Notes: generated from the sequence alone by a model not told the origin. Counted from the stretch's first letter, positions 26,156-35,807 are shown. The stretch is DNA of 47,968 nt from an uncultured Gammaproteobacteria bacterium (GCA_964439885.1 CAYTPE010000003.1:1-47968); one strand, 5' to 3'. Numbers and translations: made by a program.

Positions 26156-28880
26156 AAAAAAAGAAAAAATAGTTATCATCGACGGTAACGCCATTATTCA
26201 TCGCGCGTACCATGCTATTCCGCCGCTTACGACTAAAGAAGGCTTGATGGTAAACGCGGTGTATGGTTTTGTGTCCATGCTACTTCGAGTGATACATGAT
26301 ATTAAGCCCACCTTTGTAGCGGTCACGTTTGATATGGCCGGGGGGAGCAAGGCTCGCCTCGAGCGATACAAAGAATACAAAGCAACCCGCGTGAAAGCCG
26401 ACCAGGAATTATACGATCAAATTCCGATTACGCATACTGTCGTTGCGGCACTTGGTATTCCTATTTATGAAAAGAGTGGATACGAGGCCGATGATGTGAT
26501 TGGGACGATTATTAAAATGAGCACAGAGCACAGAGCACAGAGCAAAATTGAAACGTATATTGTGACGGGTGATATGGATACACTCCAGCTGGTGGACGAG
26601 CGTGTAAAAGTGTATACCTTGCGCAAAGGCATTAATGACATTGTGATTTATGACCCGCAGACAGTGAAAGAGCGGTTTGGGTTTGGGCCGGAATTAGTAG
26701 TTGATTATAAGGCGATACGTGGTGATACGAGTGATAATATTCCAGGTGTACCAGGGATTGGAGAGAAGGGGGCAACCGAATTAATCACGAAAGTCGGAGA
26801 TTTGGACACCATATATACGAAGATTGGACAATTAAAGGGGTTAGGATTTAAAGACGGGCTCATCAAAAAACTTATTGAAGGAAAAGAGAGCGCGTACATG
26901 AGTCGTGAGCTCGCGACGATTGATTGTGCCGTGCCCGATATTAATTTTAAACTTGAGGATACAAAACTCAAACCGTTCGACCTCGAAAAAATCCGTCCGT
27001 TGTTTCAACGTTTAGAATTTGTGTCTTTGATGAAGCGGCTTGGTGGTGAAGAATTTGGAATTAAGAATCAGGAATCAGGCACCACAAAAAAAATGTCCAA
27101 CAAAGCTGTTAAAAGTAAACTTACTTTTAACGATGTGCAAGACGCGAGTGCCGTTGAAGAATTACTTAAAAAAATTAAAACAGCAGGTTCATTCGGTGCG
27201 AAAATATTGACGAGCACAAAAGATGTCTTAACTGCTAAGATGACGGGCATCCTGTTTGTTGTCAGTAATGAGAGTTTTTATGTGGGTGGAAAATTGATTG
27301 ACACGGCAATTTCTATTTTCGCCGACCCGGATGTGGAGCTGATTGGGCATGATGTGAAGCAGATGGTGAAAATTTTGTCTGCACACGGAGGGGCTGAAAA
27401 TGTTCAGCCCCTACAGAGCGGCATTAAAAACCGCCTCTTCGACGTCATGATTGCTTCATACCTTCTCAACCCCGGCACCCGGGCGCATGACGCGGCGAGC
27501 GTGGTACTCAAAGAGCTTGGGCAAGAGCTGCCCGTCCAAACGAGCCAGGAAAGTTTGTTTGGCCATGATCCCAAAGTGCTCGCCGAAGAACTCGCCCTTA
27601 TTGTGCAGAGCGCGCACAAACTCAAAAAGGATCTGGAAGCCGTCGACAATCTCGGCCTCCTGGAAAAAATTGAGATGCCACTCATCTTGGTTTTGGCCGA
27701 GATGGAACTAAACGGTGTCGTACTCGATACGCGGAAAATGAAGAAGCTCTCCGAGCGCGTAAAAAGAGAAATCGCGGCTGTAACTAAAAAAATATATGAA
27801 TACGCCGGGGAAGAATTTAACATTGCGTCACCAATTCAGCTGCGCGATATTTTGTTTGATAAGCTTGCCATTCCGGTACAGGGTATTAAAAAAGGGAAAA
27901 CGGGACTCTCGACGAGCGCCGAACAGCTGGAAAAAATGCGCGGCCTCCATCCCATTATCGAAGAAATCGAAAAGTATCGTGAAGTAGCCAAACTCCAAAA
28001 CACCTATATCGACGTACTTCCTCAGATGGTTCACCCCGTCACACACCGAATTCATACGACGTTCAACCAGGTGATCGCCGCCACCGGACGCCTGAGCAGC
28101 GTCGATCCAAACCTGCAGAACATTCCGATTCGCACGCCGCTTGGTCGTGAAATTCGCGAAGCGTTTGTGGCCGAAAAAGGCAATGTACTGGTGAGTGCCG
28201 ACTATTCGCAAATTGAGCTGCGCGTGGTGGCTTCGCTTGCTCAAGATAAGCGTATGCTCGAAATTTTTGAAAAAGGTGAAGACATTCACACGGCCACGGC
28301 CGCCGCGATTCACGGCATACCGGTGGAAAAGGTAACCAAAGAAATCAGGCGCACCGCCAAAGAAATCAATTTTGGCGTGTTGTACGGTATGGGTACCCAC
28401 GGTCTTTCCTGGCGCGCTGGGATAAGTTACGCGGACGCCAAGGCGTTTATCGAAAAATATTTTCGAGAATTTAGCGGCGTAAAAAAATATATCGATCAGA
28501 CACTTGAATTTACCAAAAAAGAAGGCTACTGCGAAACGCTTTTTGGCCGCCGTCGCTACATCCCAGAGCTGGCGTCAAAAAATTTCCAACTTCGCTCGGC
28601 AGGAGAACGCATGGCCATTAATCACCCTATCCAAGGTACCGCCGCTGACCTCATGAAGCTCGGCATGATATCCGTTCGCGACGCCCTACAAGCTACAAGC
28701 TACAAGCTACAGGCTCGTCTAGTCCTCCAAGTCCATGACGAACTGGTGCTCGAGGTTCCCGAAGGACAAGCCGACGAAGTGGGAAAATTGGTAAAAGAAA
28801 AAATGGAGAGTGTTGCTACGCTGCGTGTACCGATAGAAGTGCATGTGAGCAAAGGAGTGAGTTGGGGAAAGATGGAATAG
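26145..28880 (+). CDS. polA: DNA polymerase I
   Basis: 5'-nuclease domain (IIDGNAIIHRAYHA, GIPGVPGIGEKGA) and polymerase motifs (DYSQIELRV, KEINFGVLYGM, LQVHDELVLE). The start is moved to ATG 26145, which overlaps the previous stop by 11 nt. Confidence 0.95.
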   Translation: MSPEKKEKIVIIDGNAIIHRAYHAIPPLTTKEGLMVNAVYGFVSMLLRVIHDIKPTFVAVTFDMAGGSKARLERYKEYKATRVKADQELYDQIPITHTVVAALGIPIYEKSGYEADDVIGTIIKMSTEHRAQSKIETYIVTGDMDTLQLVDERVKVYTLRKGINDIVIYDPQTVKERFGFGPELVVDYKAIRGDTSDNIPGVPGIGEKGATELITKVGDLDTIYTKIGQLKGLGFKDGLIKKLIEGKESAYMSRELATIDCAVPDINFKLEDTKLKPFDLEKIRPLFQRLEFVSLMKRLGGEEFGIKNQESGTTKKMSNKAVKSKLTFNDVQDASAVEELLKKIKTAGSFGAKILTSTKDVLTAKMTGILFVVSNESFYVGGKLIDTAISIFADPDVELIGHDVKQMVKILSAHGGAENVQPLQSGIKNRLFDVMIASYLLNPGTRAHDAASVVLKELGQELPVQTSQESLFGHDPKVLAEELALIVQSAHKLKKDLEAVDNLGLLEKIEMPLILVLAEMELNGVVLDTRKMKKLSERVKREIAAVTKKIYEYAGEEFNIASPIQLRDILFDKLAIPVQGIKKGKTGLSTSAEQLEKMRGLHPIIEEIEKYREVAKLQNTYIDVLPQMVHPVTHRIHTTFNQVIAATGRLSSVDPNLQNIPIRTPLGREIREAFVAEKGNVLVSADYSQIELRVVASLAQDKRMLEIFEKGEDIHTATAAAIHGIPVEKVTKEIRRTAKEINFGVLYGMGTHGLSWRAGISYADAKAFIEKYFREFSGVKKYIDQTLEFTKKEGYCETLFGRRRYIPELASKNFQLRSAGERMAINHPIQGTAADLMKLGMISVRDALQATSYKLQARLVLQVHDELVLEVPEGQADEVGKLVKEKMESVATLRVPIEVHVSKGVSWGKME

Positions 28881-28902
28881 AATTATTCGTGATGCAGAGG
28901 GT

Positions 28903-28932
28903 ACGATACACACTCAAAAGTGTATCGTTTTT
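28903..28932. terminator. Intrinsic terminator after polA
   Basis: acgatacac…gtgtatcgt 9-bp stem followed by ttttatttc. Confidence 0.7.
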
Positions 28933-29725
28933 ATTTCTTCCTCATCCACTGCACAAACGATAGCAAATCGTCGTCCACGTGAATGCGGTGCACCAGCCAC
29001 CGGCTTTCGTTTGCCGGATGCTCCACCGCGTAGTCCGTCGTGACAGCGGATAGGTAACCCGCCTCGGCGAGCGCGTATACGGTGGATGTATTGTAAGCCC
29101 CGCCCGGATACGCGAAAAAATTGATCGGAATGCCAAGCTGTGATTCGAGCAGCGCCTTGCTACCCTTTAGTTCGTATGCTTTCTGTTCGTTGTTTCTGTC
29201 TGGTAAATGCGGGTGCGTCATGCTGTGGCTTCCTATTTCCATACCATGGCGAAGCAACGTTTTCATTTGGCTCCAGCTCATCCAATAGGTTTTTCCTACG
29301 TCACCAGCGATAATATAGAACATCGCGGGGTAATTATATTTTTTCAAAATCGGCAGAGCATTCGTAAATTCGTCGAGCGATCCATCGTCAAATGTTATCA
29401 CCACCGGTTTAGTAGGGAGCGTGCTCGTGCCAAAGCGCGCGGCGTAAAATTGTTGGTACGTAATCGGTGTGTAGTGATTTTTGCTTAGCCACGCCATTTG
29501 TTTTTCGAACATAGCTGGCGATACGTAAAAAGCGTTGGGTGGCGTGTGCGTGGCGATGTGGTGGTAAGTGAGAATAGGAACCACGAGTGTGGACGAAGCG
29601 ATGGGTGGGGCGGTTTGCCGGCGACGTGCTTGTGGGAGTGTGCGCGCGTTCGCGGAAAAAATAAAAACAACCGAGCAGAGCAGTGTCGTGACGACGAGCA
29701 TTAATATATATTTTTTCACACTCAT
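28931..29725 (-). CDS. Polysaccharide deacetylase family protein (membrane-anchored)
   Basis: N-terminal TM helix, then the NodB motifs ITFDDGSLDEF and GSHSMTHPHL. Confidence 0.85.
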   Translation of the reverse strand: MSVKKYILMLVVTTLLCSVVFIFSANARTLPQARRRQTAPPIASSTLVVPILTYHHIATHTPPNAFYVSPAMFEKQMAWLSKNHYTPITYQQFYAARFGTSTLPTKPVVITFDDGSLDEFTNALPILKKYNYPAMFYIIAGDVGKTYWMSWSQMKTLLRHGMEIGSHSMTHPHLPDRNNEQKAYELKGSKALLESQLGIPINFFAYPGGAYNTSTVYALAEAGYLSAVTTDYAVEHPANESRWLVHRIHVDDDLLSFVQWMRKK

Positions 29726-29750
29726 ATTGGCAGCGCTATAATACCGAAAA

Positions 29751-29776
29751 AATACCTCCCTGTTAAGGGAGGTATT
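29751..29776 (-). terminator. Intrinsic terminator after the TPP-enzyme gene
   Basis: aatacctccc/gggaggtatt 10-bp stem. The minus strand then continues with a T-run. Confidence 0.75.
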
Positions 29777-29778
29777 TT

Positions 29779-31416
29779 CTATTGCAATTTACTCAGCTCT
29801 TCGCTCAGCACTCGAGCATTTTCGCTATAATCAATCGGGCATTCCACCACGGCCGGCCGACCACTTTCAAACGCGGCACGCAGTTTCGGTATAAGATCGT
29901 CGGCGGACTCCACCCGTAGGCCAAGTGCGCCATAGCTCTCGGCATATTTCACGAAGTCCGGGTTTTGCAACTTCATGCCGAATTCCGGAAGACCCATGTT
30001 TTTTTGCTTCCACTCAATAAATCCATAACCGTTGTCGTTTAAAACGAGCACGACCACAGGGATGTTTTCTTTCACACACGTGATAATCTCTTGTGAGTTC
30101 ATCATAAAACCACCGTCTCCACATACGGCAAGCACCCTTTTATCTGGGTTCAAAAGCTTTGCCGTCATCGCACTGGGAAGTCCTGCACCCATGGTGGCGA
30201 GCGTGTTGTCGAGCAGTAGTGTGTTCGGAGCGAATGTGCGATACTGTCGAGCAAACCATAGTTTATATATGCCATTATCGAGTGTCACAATATCTTCACG
30301 CTTCAGCGCTTTTCGCACATCCGATACAATGCGCTGTGGCACAAGGGGGAATGCCGAGCTGTTCGCGTTTTCAGCATGTTTTTCTGTCAATTTTACTCGC
30401 AAACGTTGAAATGGTTCTATATCAAATGTTGTACCCGTCAGAGCAGCCTGCAGAGCCCACAACGTGTACGAAATGTCACCAATCACTTGAAAAGTCGGAA
30501 TATAAAATTCGTCCGGATCAGCCGGAGTAAAGTCTATGTGAATAATTTTTTTATTTTTTTGTGAGTTCCATACGTAAGGTGGATGTTCATTCGTATTATA
30601 GCCGACCGTGATAATCAAGTCGCTTTCATCAATTGCTTCGTTAATATAATCGCGACGGTGCATGCCGAGGCTAAACAGAGATTGTGGATGGTCGTCAGGA
30701 AGTACTCCTTTGCCCAGCTGTGTCCCAATGACATAGAGTCCGGTAAGCTCAACTAAATTGCGCAGTTGTTTGGTTACGAGTTTACGATTGCCCCCACCAG
30801 ATACTACAATAATTGGTTTACGTGATTCTTTGATAATATTAGCCGCTTGTTTTATTGCCTTCTCGTCAGCAACGGGGCGGCGATTTGGCATGGGAATGTG
30901 TTTTATAAAATCCGACTCATGTTCCATGCCAGCAATATCCTCCGGAATTTCTACGTGCACCGCACCAGGCTGCTCTTCGCGCGCTACAGTCAACGCCCGG
31001 TATACCGTTTGACTCATCATACGAGGCGAGGGAACGGTTGTGGCAAGTTTTGTAATGGGTTTCATTACGCCAACCACATCGACAATTTGGAATTTGGCCT
31101 GCCAATTTTCCAAAAGAGCTTTCTGTCCGGTGATAGCAATGAGAGGCGTACCACCAAGTTGTGCATAGGCGATGCCGGTCACCAAATTAAGCGCTCCAGG
31201 GCCCAACGTTGCTAGACAAATACCTGGCTTTCCCGTTAGTCGTCCGTAAGTGGCCGCCATGAATGCCGCAGCCTGTTCATGGCGTGTGACAATTAATTTA
31301 ATTTTTGACTTACGAATTGCTTCTAAAAAATCTAAATTTTCTTCTCCTGGCAAACCAAAAATATATTCAATACCCTGCTCCTCCAAAATTTTGACAAAAA
31401 TATCAGAAGTCGTCAT
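29779..31416 (-). CDS. Thiamine-diphosphate enzyme, acetolactate-synthase-like
   Basis: 545 aa with an N-terminal GIEYIFGLPGEENL and the TPP-binding GDGGFMMNSQE…NDNGYG motif. Confidence 0.9.
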   Translation of the reverse strand: MTTSDIFVKILEEQGIEYIFGLPGEENLDFLEAIRKSKIKLIVTRHEQAAAFMAATYGRLTGKPGICLATLGPGALNLVTGIAYAQLGGTPLIAITGQKALLENWQAKFQIVDVVGVMKPITKLATTVPSPRMMSQTVYRALTVAREEQPGAVHVEIPEDIAGMEHESDFIKHIPMPNRRPVADEKAIKQAANIIKESRKPIIVVSGGGNRKLVTKQLRNLVELTGLYVIGTQLGKGVLPDDHPQSLFSLGMHRRDYINEAIDESDLIITVGYNTNEHPPYVWNSQKNKKIIHIDFTPADPDEFYIPTFQVIGDISYTLWALQAALTGTTFDIEPFQRLRVKLTEKHAENANSSAFPLVPQRIVSDVRKALKREDIVTLDNGIYKLWFARQYRTFAPNTLLLDNTLATMGAGLPSAMTAKLLNPDKRVLAVCGDGGFMMNSQEIITCVKENIPVVVLVLNDNGYGFIEWKQKNMGLPEFGMKLQNPDFVKYAESYGALGLRVESADDLIPKLRAAFESGRPAVVECPIDYSENARVLSEELSKLQ

Positions 31417-31424
31417 AGGTTATT

Positions 31425-32213
31425 TTAATGCCCCAAAATTAATTCTTGATAGGTTGCTTGGTCAAAATCTTTTAAATTAATAAGCGGTTTCACCGGTATT
31501 TTGGTATGTTCGGGTTCCCGATCATATTTGGCGATTTCTTGCTTATCCTCCTTGCTTAACTCAGAGTTTGTTTTATAGTCGTCCGGAACACCCCAACTGT
31601 GGTCAAAATCACCGGTTTCTAAGTTGTACGTTTTAGTCTCGTCCATAAGCAGAGTGCTGTTGAGCTGATAGTCGGTGTACTCCACTAAATATAAACCCTC
31701 ATTTTTCCACGCAAACGTGTGCGTGGCCCCCCAGCGCCAGCTACTGCCACCATAGTATGAGACAACAAGTCTGCCGTGCGTATCGATAACCATATCTTGC
31801 AACGGGTCTCCCATCACTCCACCGCATGTTTTACATTGGACTGCCCGATCGTTTGATAGCAACTGTGTGTATGAACCATCTTTTTGACCAAGTAAAATAG
31901 TTAAAATACGCGGTGGAAAATCGTTCGTTGAGGCATCAACGTCGGGGTTGTCCTCATCTTTTGATTTATAGATAACCGCTTCATCGTCTAGTCCGTCACC
32001 GTTTAAATCACTCACCGCATCTTGTAATACACTATAGCCTTGAGGTGCAAATGTATCTTCAACCGCGATTGAATCTGTGCTCGTTGTTATTCCGGAATTT
32101 TTATGTACAAATTGTGGAGTGCTGCAGCCCGCAAGTACGAGAGTTATTGCAAGTGCGCCAACATACAAACGGTTTTGAGCGAGCATAGAAGTGGTTATAC
32201 AATTAAATTTCAA
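31425..32213 (-). CDS. Lipoprotein, paralogue 1 (DLNGDG / CKxCGG family)
   Basis: Lipobox LVLAGC. It shares DLNGDGLDDEA, PPRILTIL, KDGSYT, CKTCGGVMGDP, YGGSSWRWG and NEGLYL with the next ORF. Confidence 0.7.
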   Translation of the reverse strand: MKFNCITTSMLAQNRLYVGALAITLVLAGCSTPQFVHKNSGITTSTDSIAVEDTFAPQGYSVLQDAVSDLNGDGLDDEAVIYKSKDEDNPDVDASTNDFPPRILTILLGQKDGSYTQLLSNDRAVQCKTCGGVMGDPLQDMVIDTHGRLVVSYYGGSSWRWGATHTFAWKNEGLYLVEYTDYQLNSTLLMDETKTYNLETGDFDHSWGVPDDYKTNSELSKEDKQEIAKYDREPEHTKIPVKPLINLKDFDQATYQELILGH

Positions 32214-32236
32214 TGCAAAAAATCAAAGACAATATT

Positions 32237-32983
32237 TTATGGGTTTTGATTGATATCAAAATCATCAAGTCGCACGAGTGGTTTAATAGGATTTTTGCCT
32301 TTTTTCGATACGTTCCATCGATCAATTTCGGCACGGTCATCATCAGACAGTTCAGGGTCGTTTTTATAGCCATCAGGCACCTGACTTACAATTGTATATG
32401 CACCAGTTATGAGATTGTCATCTTTCGTCTGTGAGGTAAGGAGCGCGTTGTCGGCTGTATAATCGGTGCGACCAATCAGGTACAAACCATTATTTTGCCA
32501 ACGCCATTTGTAGGTATAACCCCAACGATCGCGGCTGCCCCCATAAAACGAAAGTGTCAGTACATTTTTTTCGATGCCCATGCTGTCAAATGGTTCACCA
32601 AAAACACCACCGCACTGTTTGCACAAAACAGCTTTGCTGGAAGAAGCGACTTCTGTAAAAGAGCCGTCTTTATTTTGGAATAGTATGATGAGCTGCCGTG
32701 GAGGCAAATCATCGGCGCCAATTACATCGGCCTCGACCTCTTTTTCGTGGTTGAGTATGAGTGCTTCGTCATTCAGCCCATCTTTATTTAGGTCCCCAAT
32801 TGCTTCGGCAAAAATTTGCCAATGCGCCGGAACAAAAGACGCTAGTTTGTCGTCAGGCGTTGTGGTTGAGATGGAAGTAGACGTTGCGGTTACATTGGTC
32901 TGCGTATTCGACCGCGGCATCTGCGAAGTACATCCACCAACCAACACGAGTATGCCTATCAATGCTAAGAGGCGCGTCCGCAT
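32237..32983 (-). CDS. Lipoprotein, paralogue 2 (DLNKDG / CKxCGG family)
   Basis: Lipobox LVGGC. It is collinear with 31425-32213 (DLNKDGLNDEA, PPRQLIIL, KDGSFT, CKQCGGVFGEP, YGGSRDRWG, NNGLYL). Confidence 0.7.
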   Translation of the reverse strand: MRTRLLALIGILVLVGGCTSQMPRSNTQTNVTATSTSISTTTPDDKLASFVPAHWQIFAEAIGDLNKDGLNDEALILNHEKEVEADVIGADDLPPRQLIILFQNKDGSFTEVASSSKAVLCKQCGGVFGEPFDSMGIEKNVLTLSFYGGSRDRWGYTYKWRWQNNGLYLIGRTDYTADNALLTSQTKDDNLITGAYTIVSQVPDGYKNDPELSDDDRAEIDRWNVSKKGKNPIKPLVRLDDFDINQNP

Positions 32984-32987
32984 ACCA

Positions 32988-34418
32988 TTAAAAATCTTTA
33001 TTAATGACTAATACTCTTCGTTCAGTCATATCTTCTATAGCGTAACGCACACCCTCGCGTCCGATGCCGGAATCTTTCACGCCGCCATAGGGCATGTGGT
33101 CGGCGCGGAAGTTCGATGTATTGTTGATGACAACTCCACCCACATCGAGATGTTCGAAGGCATGCTGCACTTCGCGCATATCATTTGTGAATATGCCCGC
33201 CTGCAGACCAAAATCACTGTCATTAATCATGTTTATGGCATCGGAAAAATGAGTGTACCCTTCAACAAGCACGACGGGAGCGAACGCTTCCAGACTGCAT
33301 ACCTTCATCTCCTTTTTCGTGTTTGTTAAAATAGTGGGCATAAACCCCGCGCTGTCTACTCGTTCTCCACCATACACAAGTCGCGCCCCTTCCGTTACTG
33401 CTTCCACCACCCAGCTGTTGATGCGCTCAGCGTTCGCTTCGTCAATCATACTCGAAAACATGACCCCACTGTCCATCGGGTTACCATACGTTAGTGCTTT
33501 GGCCTCGGTAACAAGTGCTTCGGTAAACTCGTCCCGAATACTTTCGTGGACAAAAATGCGCTGTGTGTGGATACAACTCTGGCCACTCTGGCCAAAAGCC
33601 GCCATAGAAATTTTTTGAAGATGCTTTTTCCAATCACCGGTTGGGGTTATCACTACCGCCGCGTTGCCACCCAGCTCCAGTACCACTTTCTTTTTGCCCG
33701 CGCGAGCCTTCATACCCCAGCCCACACTTGGCGAGCCAGTAAAGGTAAGTAATTTAAATCGGTCGTCTGTCACCAACATGTCACCTGTTTCGCGGTCCAT
33801 AGGCAGAATGGAAACAGCCCCCTTCGGCAGTTTTGTTTCATCAATCAACTCCGCCAACAACAATGCTGAAATTGGCGTTTTGCTCGCCGGTTTAAGAATT
33901 ATAGGACACCCCGATGCAATCGCCGGAGCCAGTTTGTGAGCTACAAGATTAAGCGGAAAATTAAATGGAGCAATTGCTGCGACCAAACCCACTGGAAATC
34001 GCCGCACAATCGCCTCGTGCTTTTCGCCACTCACCGTGCGATCAAGCGGCATCCATTCACCATATATCCGTTTGCTCTCTTCCGCGCCGTCCAAAAAGGT
34101 CAGCACCGCCCGGTCAACCTCAAGACGCGAATAAAAAAGTGGTTTAGCGGTTTCACGCGTCATGGCTTCGGCAAATTCTTCCTTGCGTTCCTTGAGCCTT
34201 GCGGCAACATGCATGAGTGCGTCGTAGCGAACGTGCGTTGGCAGGGCCGCAAGCTCGTGCTGTACGCAAAGGCCCGCCGCAATTACCTTTTCTAAATCAT
34301 TTGTGGAAGCCAAATAGGTTGTAGTGGAGAGCTCGTTGTTGTACGGATTATAAACATCGAGTTTTTTTTCGGTCGTTAGGAATTGTCCAGCGAGATAAAT
34401 GGGATATACAGCTTTCAT
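32988..34418 (-). CDS. NAD(P)-dependent aldehyde dehydrogenase family protein
   Basis: 476 aa with LELGGNAAVVI (catalytic Glu) and GQSGQSCIHTQRIFV (catalytic Cys). Confidence 0.9.
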   Translation of the reverse strand: MKAVYPIYLAGQFLTTEKKLDVYNPYNNELSTTTYLASTNDLEKVIAAGLCVQHELAALPTHVRYDALMHVAARLKERKEEFAEAMTRETAKPLFYSRLEVDRAVLTFLDGAEESKRIYGEWMPLDRTVSGEKHEAIVRRFPVGLVAAIAPFNFPLNLVAHKLAPAIASGCPIILKPASKTPISALLLAELIDETKLPKGAVSILPMDRETGDMLVTDDRFKLLTFTGSPSVGWGMKARAGKKKVVLELGGNAAVVITPTGDWKKHLQKISMAAFGQSGQSCIHTQRIFVHESIRDEFTEALVTEAKALTYGNPMDSGVMFSSMIDEANAERINSWVVEAVTEGARLVYGGERVDSAGFMPTILTNTKKEMKVCSLEAFAPVVLVEGYTHFSDAINMINDSDFGLQAGIFTNDMREVQHAFEHLDVGGVVINNTSNFRADHMPYGGVKDSGIGREGVRYAIEDMTERRVLVINKDF

Positions 34419-34420
34419 AA

Positions 34421-35071
34421 TTAATCAGCGTATTGAGTTAGGCCGTTAGTGAATTGTAGGAATTGTTCCCAATAATGGGCACGGTCAGCTTCGGTTCGAT
34501 ATTCAATGGCAAATGTTCGACGGGTATTAAGATTCTGATGTTCAACATCAAGTACTTCACGTGTATAACCAGAGCCAGTGAGGACACTCAGTGTGCTGCT
34601 CGCGTTTTCATCAAACGTGTAATAGTTAGTTATGTTTTGCGGGCACGCTGTGCCTAGGTCTTCCTTAAAAATTAATTTTTCTCCATCGCGAAGTCCTGTT
34701 TCATACGGATCGCCATTCCACTGCGGTGAATAGACGTAAAACCCAACCGTTTTATCTGGTGAAGTAAAGTAGCCGGTGTCTGGTTGATCCAGCGTTTCTT
34801 CATCATCTCTTTTTTCCACAGCGTTAAACGAATACATCCGAGTAAATTGCGGCGGGTACATAATAGCAAAAAAATCTTTATCAAAAGATTTCCAACTTTT
34901 GGGCGGAACGGGAGCGCTTGGCTGGTTACACCAACTGGCGAGTATTTTGCTATCCACCGCGTATAATGAGGTGGTGGTGTGCGAAAACGTATTGCTTATG
35001 ACGTTTTGACCACAACCTGACAACATGCACAAACAAAAAATAGCGATTGTTTTTAGTGCGGTTGATTTCAT
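34421..35071 (-). CDS. Lipoprotein, unknown function
   Basis: 216 aa with lipobox CMLSGC. Its stop is 2 nt from the ALDH start. Confidence 0.65.
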   Translation of the reverse strand: MKSTALKTIAIFCLCMLSGCGQNVISNTFSHTTTSLYAVDSKILASWCNQPSAPVPPKSWKSFDKDFFAIMYPPQFTRMYSFNAVEKRDDEETLDQPDTGYFTSPDKTVGFYVYSPQWNGDPYETGLRDGEKLIFKEDLGTACPQNITNYYTFDENASSTLSVLTGSGYTREVLDVEHQNLNTRRTFAIEYRTEADRAHYWEQFLQFTNGLTQYAD

Positions 35072-35132
35072 AGGAGATCGTTAAACAATACGGCTATCTT
35101 CTCAAAAAAATCGCTGAGCGTCAACCAACTAA

Positions 35133-35158
35133 AACCGACCCACAGGCATGGGTCGGTT
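35133..35158 (-). terminator. Intrinsic terminator after the DoxX gene
   Basis: aaccgaccca/tgggtcggtt 10-bp stem followed by TTTT on the minus strand. Confidence 0.6.
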
Positions 35159-35189
35159 GACATTGTAAGAGAGTCGAGGCTCTTCGGAT

Positions 35190-35807
35190 TTATGCTTTGG
35201 TTTCTTCAGAATGTTCGCCCTTTTTACCACATTCAGCGCAATCAGATTTACCGCAGCCACAAGCTTTTTCGCCACAATTACCCCCGCAAGCACCACCACA
35301 GCAACCACCTTTTTCTTCTGCGCCATTCTTTTTGTCTGAGCAGCATCCGCCAGCGCAACCTGCTCCTTTTGTACGACACTCCTTGCAGCAGCATTCGGTT
35401 TTAAGTACGCGCCATTTTCCAGCACCGGTGCCAGCAAGAGCGAGAGCGCCACCAAGCACCATTACTTCTAAGAAATAGGTAGGAAGGGGTGAATGTGGAG
35501 CGTGCGCGGTAAACATCGCAACTACCATGATAACCGCGAGCCACACTGCCGCGACGCTCGCGTATACTCCAAGTAATACCATAATACCCCCAACCACTTC
35601 AAGACCTCCAACCAGATACGCCCACAATGAACCAGCGCTCTCCGGGCCAATGACCTTGCCCATCATACTAGAAGCCATCAGGTGGCTCGGTCCCAGCTTG
35701 TTGTACCCCATGTAAATAAATATAATTGCGAGAGCAATTCTGAGGGCCAACAAGCCAAGCGATTTGGCTGTTTTATGAAAGGATGGTTTACATGCGGTTT
35801 GACACAT
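35190..35807 (-). CDS. DoxX-family membrane protein with a Cys/Gly-rich C-terminal tail
   Basis: DoxX-like core (LRIALAIIFIYMGYNKL…GGLEVVGGIMVLLG) plus about 15 Cys in the last ~70 aa. An alternative TTG start at 35846 overlaps the upstream AATTAACAA motif. Confidence 0.75.
   Translation of the reverse strand: MCQTACKPSFHKTAKSLGLLALRIALAIIFIYMGYNKLGPSHLMASSMMGKVIGPESAGSLWAYLVGGLEVVGGIMVLLGVYASVAAVWLAVIMVVAMFTAHAPHSPLPTYFLEVMVLGGALALAGTGAGKWRVLKTECCCKECRTKGAGCAGGCCSDKKNGAEEKGGCCGGACGGNCGEKACGCGKSDCAECGKKGEHSEETKA

Noticed and set aside
35129-35455. 108-aa minus-strand ORF, plus the plus-strand ORFs overlapping the DoxX tail.
   Set aside because: They are alternative frames of the low-complexity Cys/Gly-coding stretch. 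The DoxX frame is continuous with a recognisable membrane domain.
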